From positions 28,064-92,063 of the forward strand of contig JAPOKN010000001.1 in the NCBI GenBank assembly GCA_029977605.1: a stretch of 64,000 nt of DNA. Direction: 5' to 3'. Made by a program: the position numbers and the translations under genes. This DNA is from Methanobacteriota archaeon (GTDB lineage: Archaea; Thermoplasmatota; Poseidoniia; MGIII; CG-Epi1). Positions 56,097 to 64,000 of the stretch are shown piece by piece; the first letter of the stretch is position 1, and the number at the start of each line of letters is the position of its first letter. Below the pieces are notes generated by a model that saw nothing but the letters and a program-made list of their open reading frames with translations, had not been told where the DNA came from and searched no databases.

Positions 56097-59000
56097 TCAC
56101 TCCTTTAATATTCCACATGCAGGACAACTTGTTTCAGTTGGACTAAACATTGCTCCACATGCATTACAAATTAACTCTCCATCCACTTCACTAAATTGTT
56201 CTTCTTTGATATTCTCAGGTAAATCTCCAATTACTTGAACAATCTCTTCAGATGATTTTCTACCTATAAATGCTATAATGGCAGCAGTACCTCCTACAAT
56301 TCCAAGTCCAATAAAAATAGTTAACATATTAGATCCATCATCTTCTTCAACAACTATTGTTTCTTTTTCAATAGTTAAATCTAGAAATCCTTTTTCCTGA
56401 TCAGATTCAAAATTCATTCTATCTACAGCCACAACGGAATAGTGATATATTTTTCCCATTTCAACATTTGCATCTTTGTAAGACAAATACTGCTCACCGT
56501 AAGGAATTTCAATAATAAGCTCCCCAGTTTCATTTGCAGAAGTAGATCGGTATACTCTATACTCAACTAGATCTTGAGCTTGTGATGACATAAATGAAAT
56601 TAGTACATCAGTTGTAGAATTAACTATTGTTTTTCCTTGGGATAGCTGTAGATTCCTTATTTTGGACGGCTTGTCTCGGTCAATTAACGTGTAAGCAATG
56701 TCTTCTCCGTGGTTACCAACTATATCAAACGATAAAACCTTGAATTGGTATTCATATTTATTTTGAACAGGTATTTCTATCGGTAAATTGTCAAGATTGT
56801 ATATTCCATATTCTTGCCATTCAAGATTAGCATTATTTTCACCTTCTTTATTCAATTTATAAAATACTGTAAAGTTTGTAATATCATCTAACGTTTCTAA
56901 GTTAAGTAAAATATTATCTGAATCTGTCAAAGCAGGAATATTGGATATAGTTGTATTTGGCCCTTGTGTATCTATTAGAATTGTATTAGTCAAAGTAAAT
57001 CCTCTGTTTCCAGCAATGTCTTCTCCCACTATTTTAAATTGGTAATTCCCATCACTTTCAGCATAAAATGCGTGAGATTTTTGAGTAAAACTTTCTAAGT
57101 CTAGTACCCAAGGTCCATTATTATTTTTATAATAAAAATCGAAACCAACGATTAGTTCATTGTTATCCTCAGCATCCCATGAGAATTCTAGTGCTCTTGT
57201 ATTGGTTGCATTATTTTGGATATCTCTGTTTTCAAATGATGAAGAAGCAATTTTTGAAATATCTATAGTTGGAGATTCCAAATCTACAAATGTGGTGTTA
57301 TCAATTTTATCCTCTTTATTTTCAATCTTACCATCATCATCTCCACCTATTGATCTAAATCTGTAATGGTGATTTCCCATTGCACCAGTGAATAGAGTTT
57401 TTTCCTCATCTACACTGAAGTTACCCCATATTTCCCAGTCACTCCATGTTTCTCCATTTGTCCCGTTATCGGTTGAATATTGAATGATGATGTACTCTGT
57501 GTCATTTCCTGATTCTAAATTATTTTTGTACCACTCTTGTACATACCACTGAATTTCAAATGAGGTAGAGTTGACCAACTCCGGACTTACTGCATATGTT
57601 GCAGGAGCTACGAGGTCTGGAGCGACATATAATTTTGCGTAAATATTAGTTTGTTTTACAAGATTATTAGTTGAGTTTAATGAAGTAATGGTTATGTTTA
57701 GCTCAGCTAAATCAAACTCATTAATATTTTCATTTAAAGAAATGATAAGTTCAATGTCTCCATCGGCGCCATATGGTACTTTGACTTCTTGATTGAAACT
57801 TATTATGTTAAAATTTTCAGTATCGTTTAAGCTTATTGTTACATTATAGATGTCTTCAACATTTCCCCTATTTAGAATCCAGACAGTGAATTCATATGGT
57901 TCTGTATCATCTATTTCTTTTGTGATGATGGGAGTTAGAATCTCATATTCATAAGTTTCATTAACAGATACAATAAGTTCATCATAAATTTCTTGAAATC
58001 CCCACAGTTTTGACCTTAGGTTTGCAATTTCTAATTCTTGATCAATCCACTGCCTTCCGTCACTACCACCACCTCCACCCCATCCTTGAGTATTATCTCT
58101 GGCGGCTACAGCAATTAAATTTTGACCGTTATTTAGCCAAGATTTATTGATATTAATATTTTCTTCCCAATAATTTCCATTTCCCCCACAGCCCCAACCG
58201 CTGAAACAGTCACGTATTAGATAATCATTTAGATATACACGAAAATAATCATCATGAGCGATTTTCAATCTTAGTTCACTAAAATCTAAATTCCCGCTGT
58301 AATTGAACCAATGACGTGCACTAATGTGTGTATAATTTTGGTCGTCAGTTGACCAAATTGTATTTGGCATAATTCCCCTCAATTCATCATTTCCAAAAGG
58401 AGCAGCTCCTGTATCCCATTGGGAATCATTGTAACTCATTTTGTAAAAGTCTTCAGGAAATTCACTGTTATTCCATATTTGATATGAATATTGCGTAGAA
58501 TTACTAACGCCTGAATGAACGATAGTATCTACAGTTTGTGAGTAGTATTGTGAGAATACAAGAGGGTACAATGAGTAATCTCCTGCTTGAGCGTTATCAC
58601 TTACCGTAATATTTATCGTAATTGTTTTTGTTTCATTAGGAGCTAAGCTTGCAACATCAGGACTAAATTTGTATTCCCAATCGTTTGGAATATTAGTTAA
58701 CCAAAATGTGAAGTTATCATTTACATCACCTTCATTTGTAATATTGAAATTATAATTGATATTATCTTTAATATCTACAGTTTTTTGTTTAGTATCAAAA
58801 TCTAAACTATATGCATAAAATCCAATATGTATGCTTCTAGTCAAAGTTTTATTCGACACTTTTGCAGTTATATTAATTTCACCTAATCTCGTCGGTGTCC
58901 AATCAAGTATCCATTCATAGGTTTGATTTCTATCTATTGTAACAGTCTGACTTGAAAAGGATATATCATCTATATCTAAACTAATATTCAGATTGGTTTC

Positions 59001-59771
59001 ATTATTTTCACCTTCATTGTTATATACGATTCGAAGTGCTAAGTCATCTCCAAGTACGACAGGAACATCTTTCCAAGAAGGCACATTAATCGCCAGTTCA
59101 AAATCTAACCATTGTTCAGTATCACCTCCCCAAGTAATATCTATGCAAAGAATAGCTAGTATATTTTCACCTTCTACTAGCCAATCAGGGTTTGGCCCTG
59201 AGTGCTGATTACCGTTATATGTTAAAATATTGTTCCAATATTCAGGATCGTCTTCATAGCATCCATCATGGTTTTGATACCAAGAGCAATCTCGAATTAA
59301 GTTTCCATTAAGATAAGCCATGTAGTAATTATTATGAGCAATTTTAAAGGTAGAACTTAGAACTTCATCTGGTTTTTCATAATTAAAATAGTGACGAACG
59401 ACTAGGTAATCATCCTCACCTCCCTCACTTTGCCAAATGGTGTTGGGATTTACTCCACCAATTTCTTCATTTCCAAATGGCGTTGCATTCATACCCCATT
59501 CCGAATCATCAAATTCAGGAGCATACCAATTTTCAGGAAGACAATCCTGGAAATCGCAATCGTCGTCATCATCATCAAAAAGTTTGTACTTGTGGAAAGT
59601 ACTATTATCTTTTCCGTTTGCTACTAGTGTAATTAGTTCTCCATTTTCTAAATCGTTTGTATATTTTATAGACGAGATATTTATATTTTCTTCGTTACCC
59701 TCGGCTTGACCAACAAGAATGGCAGAAAGGAAAAATACTAATAGAAATGTTAAATTTCGTCTAAGCTTCAT
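56097..59771 (-). CDS. large surface protein: two jelly-roll domains, Ig/FN3-like domains, TM, cytoplasmic zinc ribbon
   Basis: Signal peptide; duplicated W...PFG..PNTIW..RH.F module; YSVVAVD FN3-like; TM; CNAC..CPAC. Confidence 0.75.
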   Translation of the reverse strand: MKLRRNLTFLLVFFLSAILVGQAEGNEENINISSIKYTNDLENGELITLVANGKDNSTFHKYKLFDDDDDDCDFQDCLPENWYAPEFDDSEWGMNATPFGNEEIGGVNPNTIWQSEGGEDDYLVVRHYFNYEKPDEVLSSTFKIAHNNYYMAYLNGNLIRDCSWYQNHDGCYEDDPEYWNNILTYNGNQHSGPNPDWLVEGENILAILCIDITWGGDTEQWLDFELAINVPSWKDVPVVLGDDLALRIVYNNEGENNETNLNISLDIDDISFSSQTVTIDRNQTYEWILDWTPTRLGEINITAKVSNKTLTRSIHIGFYAYSLDFDTKQKTVDIKDNINYNFNITNEGDVNDNFTFWLTNIPNDWEYKFSPDVASLAPNETKTITINITVSDNAQAGDYSLYPLVFSQYYSQTVDTIVHSGVSNSTQYSYQIWNNSEFPEDFYKMSYNDSQWDTGAAPFGNDELRGIMPNTIWSTDDQNYTHISARHWFNYSGNLDFSELRLKIAHDDYFRVYLNDYLIRDCFSGWGCGGNGNYWEENININKSWLNNGQNLIAVAARDNTQGWGGGGGSDGRQWIDQELEIANLRSKLWGFQEIYDELIVSVNETYEYEILTPIITKEIDDTEPYEFTVWILNRGNVEDIYNVTISLNDTENFNIISFNQEVKVPYGADGDIELIISLNENINEFDLAELNITITSLNSTNNLVKQTNIYAKLYVAPDLVAPATYAVSPELVNSTSFEIQWYVQEWYKNNLESGNDTEYIIIQYSTDNGTNGETWSDWEIWGNFSVDEEKTLFTGAMGNHHYRFRSIGGDDDGKIENKEDKIDNTTFVDLESPTIDISKIASSSFENRDIQNNATNTRALEFSWDAEDNNELIVGFDFYYKNNNGPWVLDLESFTQKSHAFYAESDGNYQFKIVGEDIAGNRGFTLTNTILIDTQGPNTTISNIPALTDSDNILLNLETLDDITNFTVFYKLNKEGENNANLEWQEYGIYNLDNLPIEIPVQNKYEYQFKVLSFDIVGNHGEDIAYTLIDRDKPSKIRNLQLSQGKTIVNSTTDVLISFMSSQAQDLVEYRVYRSTSANETGELIIEIPYGEQYLSYKDANVEMGKIYHYSVVAVDRMNFESDQEKGFLDLTIEKETIVVEEDDGSNMLTIFIGLGIVGGTAAIIAFIGRKSSEEIVQVIGDLPENIKEEQFSEVDGELICNACGAMFSPTETSCPACGILKE

Positions 59772-59805
59772 GATATAACTATACCTAGATATTTTTATAG
59801 TTTTG

Positions 59806-60450
59806 TTACCAGTTAAGAATCAACTTTTTCAATTCAGTCAAATCTCCTTTAAGATGATAATTTGCTTTGTTAATAACCCTTTCATCTTCCGTATTTACGG
59901 CAATAGACAATCCTGCTCTTTCAAAAGTAGGAATATCTACTACTGTATCACCAACTGCAGCTATTTCATTTTTATTAAAGTTGTATTTTTCAATCATTTT
60001 TTCCATAACTGGGCCTTTGTTGTGCCCGCTTGATTTTATTATTGCAGTTAAATTTCCATTCTTATCATCAATCAAATCATTTGCTAAAGCATCATCCATA
60101 TTCCATTCCTTAGCCCATTTATCGGCTAAATATTGGATGCCTCCAGATAGGATAATAGTTTTGATATTCGCTTCATGTAAGCTTGTAATTAATTCTTTAG
60201 CTCCTTTCCGTGGCTTTGCTTTGTCTAAAATTAAATTTATGTATTCCTCATTAACTGGTTTATCACTCTTACTATTCCATAATTCAATGTCAGCTTTTAC
60301 AAATTCTTTATCAGAAATTTTATGATCAATATACATTTGTAGCATTTCAGTATTATCAGTGCCAAAGTAGTCGTGAATCATTGCCCATGATGAACGAGGC
60401 TCAATGATCGTGCCGTCCATGTCAAAAACAACTAATTTTATCTGAGACAT
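59806..60450 (-). CDS. HAD-IB phosphatase (phosphoserine phosphatase-like)
   Basis: FDMDGT, ILSGG, K.., VGDTVVD. Confidence 0.85.
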   Translation of the reverse strand: MSQIKLVVFDMDGTIIEPRSSWAMIHDYFGTDNTEMLQMYIDHKISDKEFVKADIELWNSKSDKPVNEEYINLILDKAKPRKGAKELITSLHEANIKTIILSGGIQYLADKWAKEWNMDDALANDLIDDKNGNLTAIIKSSGHNKGPVMEKMIEKYNFNKNEIAAVGDTVVDIPTFERAGLSIAVNTEDERVINKANYHLKGDLTELKKLILNW

Positions 60451-60746
60451 TATCCGAAAGAAGAGCTAAATCTGTCAGTAGGTCCTGTCTCACGCTCTAA
60501 CATCATCTTCATCTGGTCTTTTGACATTAAATGCGCTTTTTGGGCCATGTCGTATGATTCTTTCGCGTCTTTTTCAGCCATTTCGATCTTAAAGCTGTGA
60601 CCTGAAAACATAATGGATTCTTTTCCATCGTTTTTGAATATGGCTAGCAATCCAGCCTCTGGATTTGATTGAAACTCAACATCTTTAAAGACTTCTTTTT
60701 CTCCATCTCCTGGTAGAAAAATAATTATTTCTTTTGCTTTAAGCAT
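60450..60746 (-). CDS. hypothetical protein
   Basis: 98 aa ORF with stop/start overlap onto the HAD gene. Confidence 0.6.
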   Translation of the reverse strand: MLKAKEIIIFLPGDGEKEVFKDVEFQSNPEAGLLAIFKNDGKESIMFSGHSFKIEMAEKDAKESYDMAQKAHLMSKDQMKMMLERETGPTDRFSSSFG

Positions 60747-60776
60747 ATTCTTCTATCAGAGCCTATTCTAAAGGGT

Positions 60777-61220
60777 TTATTGCTTTATAATGTCTAATTC
60801 TTGTTCGAGAGCTCTTCTTGATTCATAATTCTCATCGTATTCATGCCAATGTCTTACAGATTTTTCACCTAATCTGTATGATAAAAATACAGTTTCTATT
60901 CCTCTCAGTGAAGGGAAATTTACAATCCCAAGAGCTGGATCGTCTATTTCCACTCCCAATTTCCCTAGTTCAATTGTTAAATTATTTACAATGTTAATAT
61001 TATTCTCGAGTTCGATTTGTAATTCTTCCCAACCTGGCCTTAATGCGGCTCGGTAATCATCTTTTACTTCCTCCATTATTTCTTCTAACTGTTCTTCTAG
61101 CATCTCCTGCTTCACAGAAAAATCAGATAATTCAATGATTATAGGGTTGATTAAATCTAAAAGGCTATTTGCCTCTTCCACGGTGAAAAGCCTAGTGGCA
61201 ATTACTACCATGGAAGTCAT
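60777..61220 (-). CDS. DUF2203 family protein
   Basis: FTVEEANSLL, GVEIDD...GIVNFPS, LSYRLGE..V.HWH. Confidence 0.82.
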   Translation of the reverse strand: MTSMVVIATRLFTVEEANSLLDLINPIIIELSDFSVKQEMLEEQLEEIMEEVKDDYRAALRPGWEELQIELENNINIVNNLTIELGKLGVEIDDPALGIVNFPSLRGIETVFLSYRLGEKSVRHWHEYDENYESRRALEQELDIIKQ

Positions 61221-61307
61221 TAGTTAGGAATGGGCACATAAATGGAACGGATGCCTAATTTCAGCGAAACACTCATATGGCCCACCCATAGTTGATACAA
61301 ATCCTTT

Positions 61308-64000
61308 ATGAATGATTATGCTAAACACCCTGACATTTTTACCAAACGTCATATCGGCCCTTCCGACGATGATGTTGCTTTAATGTTAAGTGAATTAGGA
61401 TTTTCTTCGATGTCTGAATTTATCAATAATGTTATTCCAGATTCTATTGCATTCAATTCAAGTCTAAAAGTAGGAGAGGGGGTTGGAGAACAAGAAGCGC
61501 TTAAAATTTTAAAATCTTACGCATCAAAGAATAAGGCTTTCAAAAGTTATCTCGGCAATGGGTATCATGGAACTATAACTCCCGGAGTTATCAAAAGAAA
61601 TATTCTTGAAAATCCTGGTTGGTATACTCAATATACACCTTATCAGGCTGAAATTGCTCAAGGTCGTCTGGAGGCACTACTAAACTTTCAGACAATGATT
61701 TCAGACTTAACAGGTATGGACATTGCAAACGCTTCCTTACTAGATGAAGCTACAGCAGCAGCTGAAGCGATGAGCATGGCATGTAATGCTTTGAGAGGTA
61801 AAAGATCGACACTAGCTCTAATTGATGATATAAATCAGCAAACAGTCAACGTAGTTAAGACTCGTGCCGAACCATTAGAAATTAAAATTAAAGAAACCTC
61901 CTCCTCAGAATTTACTACTGAAAAAGACATATTTGCAGTAATGGTTCAATACCCTAGCAGATCAGGTACAATAAGAGATTATTCTAAATTAGTAGAAGAG
62001 GCTCATGCTAATGGAAGTCTAGTGATTGTAGTAGCAGACCTAATGTCTCTTTGTCTTCTGAAATCACCAGGAAGTTGGGGTGCAGATATAGTAATAGGTA
62101 ATTCTCAAAGATTTGGAGTTCCAATGGGTTACGGAGGCCCTCATGCGGCTTTTATTTCCACTAAAGACAAGTTTAAGAGAAATCTTCCAGGAAGGTTAAT
62201 TGGAGTTTCAAAGGATTCACACGGAAATGATGCACTTAGATTAGCTTTACAGACAAGAGAGCAGCATATTAGGAGAGACAGGGCAACTAGCAATATTTGT
62301 ACGGCACAAGTTTTGTTAGCGATTATGTCTTCCATGTATGCCATATATCATGGGCCAGGAAAGTTAAAGGAAATTGCTACTCGTATCAACTACTTCACCA
62401 GAGTTATCGGAGAAAGTCTCAAAAAAAGCGGATTTGAATTATATTCGGATAGTTATTTTGATACAATCCGAGTTAAATGTGATTCTACTAAGATATTAGA
62501 TTCAGCCTTAAGAAAAGGTTATAATTTCTGGAAATACAGTGATTCGGTAGGCATATCTTTAGATGAAACAGTTGAAATGAAAGACGTGAAAGCTATATTG
62601 GAAATATTTGAATCTTCCGGAGTTGAGGCATCAAGCGAAAGTATTCCTGCGGGGCTTAGTCGCACAGATTCATTTCTAACGCACCCAGTATTCAACTCAT
62701 ATCATTCAGAAACCGAAATGCTAAGATATATTCACAGGCTTGAGACAAAGGATTTGTCTCTAAATTATAGCATGATACCTTTAGGTTCCTGTACGATGAA
62801 ATTAAATTCGGTGACGGAAATGGAAGCTGTTACTTGGCCTGAATTTTCTAACTTGCACCCATATGCTCCAGAAGACCAAGCGCGAGGATACTACGAATTG
62901 TTTAAAGATCTGGAGAATTGGCTATGTGATATTACAGGTTTTTCAAAGATATCTCTTCAGCCAAATGCCGGCAGTCAAGGCGAGTACGCAGGAATGCTTG
63001 CAATCAGAGATTTTCACTTAGATAAAGGAAATTCTCATCGTAATATTTGTTTAATTCCAACTTCAGCTCACGGTACAAACCCCGCTTCAGCAGTAATGGT
63101 TGGAATGAAAGTAGTAGGAATCTCTTGCGATGAAGAGGGAAACATAGATTTATCTGATTTCAAATCAAAAATAGATCAGTATTCAGATTCATTATCTGCT
63201 GCGATGATCACTTATCCATCAACTCACGGAGTTTTTGAAGACGAAATTAAGGAAATATGTTCCTTAGTTCATCAACATGGCGGCCAAGTTTACATGGATG
63301 GTGCAAATATGAATGCTATGGTAGGTCTGTGTAAACCTGCAGACATAGGGGCTGATGTTTGTCATCTTAATTTACATAAAACTTTCTGTATACCACATGG
63401 GGGAGGAGGTCCAGGAATGGGTCCAATCGGCGTTGCTTCACATCTGGCAGAATTTTTACCTTCTAATCCTCTAGATGACTATAAATCTAAAAGTAAGACT
63501 GGCCCTGTATCTGCAACACATTGGGGAAGTGCTAGCATTTTACCTATATCTTGGGCTTACATTGTAATGATGGGTTCTGAAGGATTAAAATATGCTACGG
63601 AAGTAGCTATACTTAATGCAAATTATATGGCTAAAAAGTTGTCTAAAGATTATACAGTACTTTACAAAGGTAAGATGGGTCTTGTCGCTCATGAATGTAT
63701 CTTAGATACTCGCACTTTGATTGCAGATGCAGGTCTAACTATTGACGATATTGCTAAAAGATTGATTGATTATGGATTTCATGCGCCCACAATGTCTTGG
63801 CCTGTTGCTAATACCTTGATGATAGAACCCACAGAATCTGAATCTAAAGCTGAAATAGACCGATTTTGTGATTCAATGTCCTCGATAAAAAATGAGATTG
63901 ACAAAGTAAAGTCAGGTAAATTTTCTAATGAAGACAACCCATTACGAGGTTCTCCTCATACATCACTGGAAGTTTCTTCAGATAATTGGAATCATGAGTA
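61308..64000 (+). CDS. gcvP: glycine dehydrogenase (decarboxylating), single-chain P protein; truncated by the window end and absent from the ORF track
   Basis: Read by hand: MNDYAKHPDIFTKRHIGPS, WYTQYTPYQAEIAQGRLE, NASLLDEATAAAE, MIPLGSCTMKLN, HGTNPASA, HLNLHKTFCIPHGGGGPG. Confidence 0.95.
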   Translation, partial: MNDYAKHPDIFTKRHIGPSDDDVALMLSELGFSSMSEFINNVIPDSIAFNSSLKVGEGVGEQEALKILKSYASKNKAFKSYLGNGYHGTITPGVIKRNILENPGWYTQYTPYQAEIAQGRLEALLNFQTMISDLTGMDIANASLLDEATAAAEAMSMACNALRGKRSTLALIDDINQQTVNVVKTRAEPLEIKIKETSSSEFTTEKDIFAVMVQYPSRSGTIRDYSKLVEEAHANGSLVIVVADLMSLCLLKSPGSWGADIVIGNSQRFGVPMGYGGPHAAFISTKDKFKRNLPGRLIGVSKDSHGNDALRLALQTREQHIRRDRATSNICTAQVLLAIMSSMYAIYHGPGKLKEIATRINYFTRVIGESLKKSGFELYSDSYFDTIRVKCDSTKILDSALRKGYNFWKYSDSVGISLDETVEMKDVKAILEIFESSGVEASSESIPAGLSRTDSFLTHPVFNSYHSETEMLRYIHRLETKDLSLNYSMIPLGSCTMKLNSVTEMEAVTWPEFSNLHPYAPEDQARGYYELFKDLENWLCDITGFSKISLQPNAGSQGEYAGMLAIRDFHLDKGNSHRNICLIPTSAHGTNPASAVMVGMKVVGISCDEEGNIDLSDFKSKIDQYSDSLSAAMITYPSTHGVFEDEIKEICSLVHQHGGQVYMDGANMNAMVGLCKPADIGADVCHLNLHKTFCIPHGGGGPGMGPIGVASHLAEFLPSNPLDDYKSKSKTGPVSATHWGSASILPISWAYIVMMGSEGLKYATEVAILNANYMAKKLSKDYTVLYKGKMGLVAHECILDTRTLIADAGLTIDDIAKRLIDYGFHAPTMSWPVANTLMIEPTESESKAEIDRFCDSMSSIKNEIDKVKSGKFSNEDNPLRGSPHTSLEVSSDNWNHE

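Noticed and set aside
62141-62344. 67 aa minus-strand ORF, and the many other short antisense or nested ORFs in the track
   Set aside because: Shadow ORFs opposite or within well-supported genes (here gcvP), with no motifs of their own.
1-64000. CRISPR arrays, rRNA, IS elements, long DNA repeats
   Set aside because: None seen by eye; intergenic gaps are almost all under 120 nt, leaving no room.

Overview
AT-rich, very gene-dense archaeal chromosome segment. Archaeal markers are uS15, TFB, pelota, NAC, ABCE1, TiaS, archease, RibL and an A1:U72 initiator tRNA-Met. Many bacterial-type metabolic genes sit among them (TrxB, PntAB, single-chain GcvP, RmuC, RusA, alpha-type riboflavin synthase). 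This mix suggests a marine Thermoplasmatota archaeon of Marine Group II/III type (inference). No CRISPR array, rRNA, transposase or integrase was seen. Highlights: (1) an overlapping gene pair at 12267-13389 looks like a split archaeal version of the eukaryotic ribosomal prolyl hydroxylase OGFOD1/Tpa1/Ofd1, with the catalytic N-domain and the inactive C-domain on separate genes; (2) an ABCE1 with a remodelled Fe-S cysteine pattern; (3) a DRAM/TMEM150 (Frag1/Sfk1)-like membrane protein; (4) a divergent small GTPase-like gene with a partner ORF; (5) two type IV pilus/Tad-like loci, one with an ATPase carrying a repeated charged tail. All family calls come from motif recognition and recalled reference sequences, not from database searches.
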